From an uncultured Acidimicrobiia bacterium (GTDB taxonomy: Bacteria > Actinomycetota > Acidimicrobiia > IMCC26256 > PALSA-555): a stretch of 64,000 bases of DNA. Shown here piece by piece: positions 59,374 through 64,000 of the stretch. A program made the translations under genes and the position numbers. Where the stretch lies: NCBI GenBank assembly GCA_963809885.1, contig CAWELA010000003.1, positions 130,625 to 194,624 on the forward strand, read 5' to 3'. How positions within the stretch are numbered: the stretch's first letter is position 1; each line of letters opens with the position of its first letter. The notes beneath the pieces are model-generated. The model made no database searches. It was given only the letters and a program-made list of their open reading frames with translations, and was not told where the DNA came from.

Positions 59374-60201
59374 TCAGCCTGATGCCGCGATCCGTGCGGC
59401 GACCCAGTCGTCGAGGCGGGCGAGGGCCGACGGACCCTCGGCGAGGTCCGGCAGCACGTCGACGGCGTCGAGCAGGTCCCAGGCCGGGTCGTAGGCGGAC
59501 GGATCGCCGGTCGCGGCCAGGAACGAGTCGGCGGCCTCGACGCCCGGGCCCAGCACGAGGTTGAGCCGGCAGTGGGCGACGTCGACCATCGCCGGCCCGG
59601 CACACGCCCATGCCCAGTCGACGATGCCGGTCACCCGGGCGCCGGTCCAGAGCACGTTGAGCGGGTGGTAGTCCCGGTGGATGAAGACGGGCCCGTGGTC
59701 GGGTGGGCCCGCGGCATGGCGCGCGATCGCGCGCTCCCATTCCTGCGGGTGCTCGGTCCACGGCGGCGGGCTCGTCTCCTCCGAGGACGAGTGCTGGCGG
59801 TATGTCGGGAAGGCTGCGTCGTCCGGGACGTCGACGGCGTGGATCTCCTCGAGGGGGGCCGCGAGCGACCGCACGAACTTGTCGATGTCGCGAGCCTTGG
59901 CACGCGGCCGTCCGCTGAGGCGAGTCATCAAGAGCGCGGGCACGTCGCAGCTGATGGCCCCCGGGTCGGAGGCGACGAGCTCGGGCGCCGGCACCGGGCT
60001 CTTCCGCAGTGTGTCGAGGATCTGTGCTTCACGCGTCACGACGTCCGGTTCCCGTTCCAACAGCGCGGGGTCGACGTAGCGGCGCAGCACGAGCTGGCGA
60101 GGTGGGCCGACGGCGTCCTCCACGTCGATCGCGTGGACCGCAGACGACGTCGCATCCGCGAGCTCGCGCACGTCGACCACCCGCGCGCGCGGACCGATCA
60201 C
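59374..60201 (-). CDS. aminoglycoside/choline-kinase-type phosphotransferase (APH family)
   Basis: ORF 59374..60441 contains ...RVVDVRELADATSSAVHAIDV...LVLRRYV...PVFIHRDYHPLNVLWTGARVTGIVDWAWACAGP (HxDxxxxN catalytic loop, DW metal-binding). The first 80 codons of the ORF are Arg/Ser/Pro-rich and do not look coding, so GTG 60201 is used. An ATG at 60251 in another frame would need one frameshift. Confidence 0.65.
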   Translation of the reverse strand: MIGPRARVVDVRELADATSSAVHAIDVEDAVGPPRQLVLRRYVDPALLEREPDVVTREAQILDTLRKSPVPAPELVASDPGAISCDVPALLMTRLSGRPRAKARDIDKFVRSLAAPLEEIHAVDVPDDAAFPTYRQHSSSEETSPPPWTEHPQEWERAIARHAAGPPDHGPVFIHRDYHPLNVLWTGARVTGIVDWAWACAGPAMVDVAHCRLNLVLGPGVEAADSFLAATGDPSAYDPAWDLLDAVDVLPDLAEGPSALARLDDWVAARIAASG

Positions 60202-60503
60202 CGAAGCGACCCATCCGGTGGCGCGCCGGGGAGCGCGTGCGCGCCGCTCATCGCGGTGGTCGGCGAGCGCCGACGAGCTGCTCCCCGCGTCGGCCGTGGA
60301 TCGTGGAGGTGGCGTTCGGGAGCACACCCCGACGGTACTCAGCAGTTCGTGCCGGGCAGTCCAATCCGGGGGATTTCGCCGGGTCGATCGGGAGGAGGGG
60401 ACCCGCGTTGGGGCCGTATGCCACGTCGCTCGTTCGACCAACCGGTTCGTGGCGTCCGCCGACGACCTGCGGTGACGCCGGGTCCGCCCTACGATCCGCG
60501 ACC

Positions 60504-61790
60504 GTGAACGCCGACGACCTCATCCTCATCTCCGTGGACGACCACATCTGTGAGCCGGCCGACATGTTCGACGCCCACGTCCCGGCGGCGTACCGCGACG
60601 CGATGCCGGCGGTGCGTGAGCAGGAGGACGGGTCGCAGCAGTGGTACTACGGCGAGATCCCCGGCCGGAACCTCGGGCTGAACGCGGTGGCGGGCAAGCC
60701 GCCCGAGATGTTCAACGTGAACCCGACGCGCTACGAGGACATGCGGCCCGGCTGCTACCAGGTCGACGAGCGCGTGCGCGACATGTCGGCGGGCGGTCAG
60801 CTCGCAGGGCTGAACTTCCCGAACTGGACGGGCTTCGCCGGCCAGGTCCTGAATCAGGGTCCCGACCGCGACACCAACCTCGTGATGATCCGCGCCTACA
60901 ACGACTGGCACATCGACGAGTGGTGCGGCGCGTACCCCGATCGCTTCATCCCCTGCGGGATCCTTCCGTTGTTCGACGTCGAGGCGGCGGCGGTCGAGGC
61001 GCGGCGGCTCGCCGCGAAGGGGTGTCACGCGGTGACGTTCTCGGAGAACCCGCTGGGGCTCGGCATGCCGAGCATCCACACCGACGCGTGGGACCCCTTG
61101 TTCGCAGCCTGCGTCGACACTGCCACCGTGCTGTGCTGTCACATCGGGTCGTCGTCGAAGGCCGCGTCGACCGGTCCCGACGCCCCACCGCCGGTGCCGA
61201 TGCAGCTCTCGTCGGCGATGGCCATCTACACCCTCGGCGACCTTCTCTGGGCCGACTTCTGGAACCGGTTCCCGGGCCTGCGGTTCTCCCTCAGCGAGGG
61301 GGACATCGGCTGGATCCCGTACTTCCTCGCCCGGGCCGAGCACACGCTCGATCGCCACAACGGATGGATGCGCCACGAGCTGCCGCAAGGGTTGCGCCCG
61401 ACCGAGCTCTTCCGCGAGCGCATCATCTGCTGCTTCATCAACGATCGGATCGGCGTGAAGCTGCTCGACGAGTTCAACACCGACAACCTGTGCTGGGAGT
61501 CGGACTACCCGCACTCCGACAGCTTCTGGCCGAACGCGCCCGAGACGCTCGAAGGGCTCCTGCGCGAGGTCGACGATGCAACGGTGCGCAAGATCGCCCA
61601 CGAGAACGCGATCCGGCACTTCCAGTTCGATCCCTTCGCCACGCGCGCCCGGGAGGATTGCACGGCCGGTGCGCTGCGCGCCGAGGTCGGCGACGTCGAC
61701 ACGGTCACGCGCGTCGGCCGACCGGCCGACGACCGCGATGTCGAGGCCTGGAAGCAGATGACCGGTGGACGATTCGAGGCGAAGCGATGA
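60504..61790 (+). CDS. amidohydrolase-2 (ACMSD/PF04909-like metal-dependent hydrolase)
   Basis: GTG 60504 inside ORF 60009..61790: VNADDLILISVDDHICEPADMFDAHVP...MRPGCYQVDERVRDMSAGGQLAGLNFPNW...AYNDWHIDEWCGAYPDRFIPCGILP...HAVTFSENP...CCHIGSSS...SLSEGDIGWIPYF...WESDYPHSDSFWP...IAHENAIRHF. Intact. Confidence 0.8.
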   Translation: MNADDLILISVDDHICEPADMFDAHVPAAYRDAMPAVREQEDGSQQWYYGEIPGRNLGLNAVAGKPPEMFNVNPTRYEDMRPGCYQVDERVRDMSAGGQLAGLNFPNWTGFAGQVLNQGPDRDTNLVMIRAYNDWHIDEWCGAYPDRFIPCGILPLFDVEAAAVEARRLAAKGCHAVTFSENPLGLGMPSIHTDAWDPLFAACVDTATVLCCHIGSSSKAASTGPDAPPPVPMQLSSAMAIYTLGDLLWADFWNRFPGLRFSLSEGDIGWIPYFLARAEHTLDRHNGWMRHELPQGLRPTELFRERIICCFINDRIGVKLLDEFNTDNLCWESDYPHSDSFWPNAPETLEGLLREVDDATVRKIAHENAIRHFQFDPFATRAREDCTAGALRAEVGDVDTVTRVGRPADDRDVEAWKQMTGGRFEAKR

Positions 61791-63040
61791 GCGAGATCGC
61801 GGACTGCCTCGACGACCTCGACCGGCCGATGCTCCTCTCGGTCGCCCACGAGTACATGCTCCTCGGCATGCTCGTGAACCGCGGGCTGCTCCCGCAGGTC
61901 GTGCTCCAGACCGGAGGGTTCGACGAGATGAACGACGTCGCGATCGACCTCTGGATGGGTGCGAGCCCGATCTACACCGGTCGCATGCGCAAGCTGATGG
62001 GCATCGAGGGCGACGACGTCCCCGCGATCATGAAGGCGCTGCAGCTCGACGTCGGGTTCGTCCACGAGTACATGTCGGTGGCCTACCAGCTGATCGACGA
62101 GCACCACGCCGAGTTCTGGCTGAACCACTGCGGTGCACTCCTCGACGCCGAGCCGTTCGGCGAGGAGCGGGTCTTCGGGATGTGCCACACGATCGAGGAC
62201 CCGACGTTCGACGCGACCGCGTACGCCACCAACCCGCGGGCGCGCATCCGACCGATCCACCGTCCACCGCGCACACCCACCGACCGGCACCCGCACTGTC
62301 ACTGGACGATCGTCATCGATCCCGAGAACGATCCGGTCGGGCCGGCGGCGTTGACCCAACAGGTCGGCGACCTCCCGCTCGCGTCCGTGGCGAACGAGCG
62401 GGCCGTGGAGCCCGCACCCGAGGGGATGGTGGACTACCGGGGTTCGTTCGATCCGGACTTCCGACTCACGGCACTCTCGAACAGTGCACTGGCGGCCGTC
62501 GCGCGAGAGTTCCAGATGCAGTCCCATCTCCTCGTGAGCGCAGCAGAGCTCGCGCTCGCCCAGCGGTTCGATCCCGAGGTCGTTCGCTCGATGCTCGCGA
62601 AGCACTGGGTCGGCGTCGCGTGGCTCACGAGCGAGCGTCTCGCCGACCGACTCGGGGTACGCGACGGCGGTGCCGCCGGGGTCGCAGCCGTGCTGGCGTT
62701 GCAGGCCGACCTGCCGCCCGGCTTCGAGCGCGACGTCTCGGTCGAGGGCGAGCGCGTGCGGTGCGCACTCGCCACCTCGGTGCCGGGGCTCCTCGATCCC
62801 GCGCACCCCGGTTCGCCGGGCTTGCTCGCACGCGGTGAACCCAGCGGTCTCGAGGCGATGGCCCAGGGCGTCGACCGGCGGGCTCGACTCGACATGGTCA
62901 CGGTCGACGACGACCGTGTGGTGGCGGAGTGGATCGTCGAGGGCGGCTCCGTCCCAGCGGTCGAGCCCGACGAGGTCGCGTTGATCCGGATGAGCCTCGC
63001 CGGCACCTGGGCGTTCCAGGCGCTCGACGCGCCGGGCTAA
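61787..63040 (+). CDS. hypothetical protein (417 aa) with a Cys/His cluster, translationally coupled to the amidohydrolase
   Basis: ATG 61787 forms an ATGA overlap: MSEIADCLDDLDRPMLLSVAHEYMLLGMLVNRG...EFWLNHCGALLDAEPFGEERVFGMCHTIEDP...DRHPHCHWTIVIDP.... I recognise no family. Codon third-position GC is high throughout. Confidence 0.5.
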   Translation: MSEIADCLDDLDRPMLLSVAHEYMLLGMLVNRGLLPQVVLQTGGFDEMNDVAIDLWMGASPIYTGRMRKLMGIEGDDVPAIMKALQLDVGFVHEYMSVAYQLIDEHHAEFWLNHCGALLDAEPFGEERVFGMCHTIEDPTFDATAYATNPRARIRPIHRPPRTPTDRHPHCHWTIVIDPENDPVGPAALTQQVGDLPLASVANERAVEPAPEGMVDYRGSFDPDFRLTALSNSALAAVAREFQMQSHLLVSAAELALAQRFDPEVVRSMLAKHWVGVAWLTSERLADRLGVRDGGAAGVAAVLALQADLPPGFERDVSVEGERVRCALATSVPGLLDPAHPGSPGLLARGEPSGLEAMAQGVDRRARLDMVTVDDDRVVAEWIVEGGSVPAVEPDEVALIRMSLAGTWAFQALDAPG

Positions 63041-63070
63041 CTTGAGCCGACTCGCTCCGAGGAGGCTCCC

Positions 63071-63559
63071 GTGTCCGTGTACGACATCCCGATCGCAAGC
63101 CTTGAGGGCACGCCCGGCAAGCTGGCCGAGCAGCAGGGCAAGGTCGCTCTCGTCGTGAACGTCGCGTCCAAGTGTGGCCTCACCCCCCAGTACGAGGGGC
63201 TCGAGAAGATCCACGAGCAGTACGCGGCCCAGGACTTCACCGTGATCGGGGTGCCGTGCAACCAGTTCCTGGAGCAGGAGCCCGGCTCCGCGGAGGAGAT
63301 CCAGACCTTCTGCTCCACCACGTACGGCGTCACCTTCCCGCTCCTCGAGAAGATCGAGGTGAACGGCGACGCCAAGCACCCGCTCTACGAGGAGCTCGAG
63401 AAGACGGCCGACGCCGAGGGCGTCGACGGTGACATCCGCTGGAACTTCGAGAAGTTCCTGGTCGGTCGCGACGGCGAGGTGATCGCGCGCTTCGCGCCGC
63501 AGATCGAGCCGGAGGACCCTGCACTCGTCGATGCGATCGAGTCCGCCATCAAGAGCTGA
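63071..63559 (+). CDS. glutathione peroxidase (Cys-type, BtuE-like)
   Basis: Intact 162-aa ORF starting at GTG: ...GKVALVVNVASKCGLTPQYEGLEKIHEQY...VIGVPCNQFLEQEPG...WNFEKFLV. Confidence 0.9.
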   Translation: MSVYDIPIASLEGTPGKLAEQQGKVALVVNVASKCGLTPQYEGLEKIHEQYAAQDFTVIGVPCNQFLEQEPGSAEEIQTFCSTTYGVTFPLLEKIEVNGDAKHPLYEELEKTADAEGVDGDIRWNFEKFLVGRDGEVIARFAPQIEPEDPALVDAIESAIKS

Positions 63560-63576
63560 CCCGACGCACCGCCCAG

Positions 63577-64000
63577 TCAGCGTCTGAGGGCTATCGCGTT
63601 CTTCGGCGGGTACTTGCCGAAGCTGCGCAGGTGCTTGCCGATCCCGGTCGTGAACGCCTCGAGGTAGGCGAGCTTGCGGATCAGGTAGCTGTGCGTCTCC
63701 TTCGGGTCGAGGTAGAGGTTGTAGAGGCGCCCGTACGGGTACTTCTGCTCGACGCCCGAGAAGCCGCCGGGGCTCACGACATCGTGGTCGTCGTCGGAGA
63801 TCGACGCGACCATCAGCTTGTACTCGCCGCAGCGGAGGGCGGAGAACATGGTCTGCAGCCAGTAGTAGTGGTACTTGCGATGTGAACGACCCTCCGGCGC
63901 GAGCAGGAACCCCGACTGGTCGATGCCGTCGATGAACCGGTCGTCGGGGACCGATGCTTCGGCGCCGGCGAGCGTGAGCATCGTCGGGAACAGGTCGGAG
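63577..64000 (-). CDS. arylsulfatase family protein, C-terminal part only (gene continues beyond the window)
   Basis: The reverse strand reads ...DLFPTMLTLAGAEASVPDDRFIDGIDQSGFLLAPEGRSHRKYHYYW...YNLYLDPKETHSY..., then stop at 63577. This is the typical sulfatase C-terminal region. The ORF-track Met at 63981 is internal, and the frame stays open to 64000. Confidence 0.65.
   Translation of the reverse strand, partial: SDLFPTMLTLAGAEASVPDDRFIDGIDQSGFLLAPEGRSHRKYHYYWLQTMFSALRCGEYKLMVASISDDDHDVVSPGGFSGVEQKYPYGRLYNLYLDPKETHSYLIRKLAYLEAFTTGIGKHLRSFGKYPPKNAIALRR

Overview
This is a 64-kb window of very GC-rich (~70%), actinobacterial-type chromosome. It is densely coding on both strands, with about 60 protein genes. 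I found no rRNA, tRNA, CRISPR array, transposase or integrase. Gene content:
- (a) 1-19.8 kb is lipid and xenobiotic catabolism: arylsulfatase, P450, family-III CoA-transferase, an HMGCS-like::DUF35 fusion with an SCP-x thiolase, MMPL, and a six-gene beta-oxidation-type operon (acyl-CoA synthetase, three enoyl-CoA hydratases, an acyl-CoA dehydrogenase, a MaoC dehydratase).
- (b) 19.8-31.3 kb holds aminotransferases with an omega-amidase, a tetR-tauD operon divergent from a second sulfatase, a second P450, an SDR and a bis-MGD molybdoenzyme.
- (c) 31.6-37 kb is an intact membrane and signalling block: a small ORF, 7TM HD-GYP, a 9-aa-repeat membrane protein, RDD, HdeD and a K+ channel.
- (d) The remainder carries a third P450, two amidohydrolase-2 genes each coupled to an unknown partner, a PLP decarboxylase, plsY-MFS-degV, cysQ, modABC, padR, sulfotransferase-DUF1214, a deaminase, a DUF222-HNH gene, glutathione peroxidase and a third sulfatase.

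The dominant observation is about 60 single-nucleotide frame disruptions, plus one in-frame TAG, in 28 genes before 49.9 kb and none afterwards. True genes therefore had to be rebuilt across frames, and several long ORFs on the supplied track are chimeras. Frame-disrupted genes are listed as type pseudogene, with the caveat that consensus error is the more likely cause. Shift positions are hand estimates, good to about 15 nt. No family assignment could be verified by search; all rest on motifs I could read directly.
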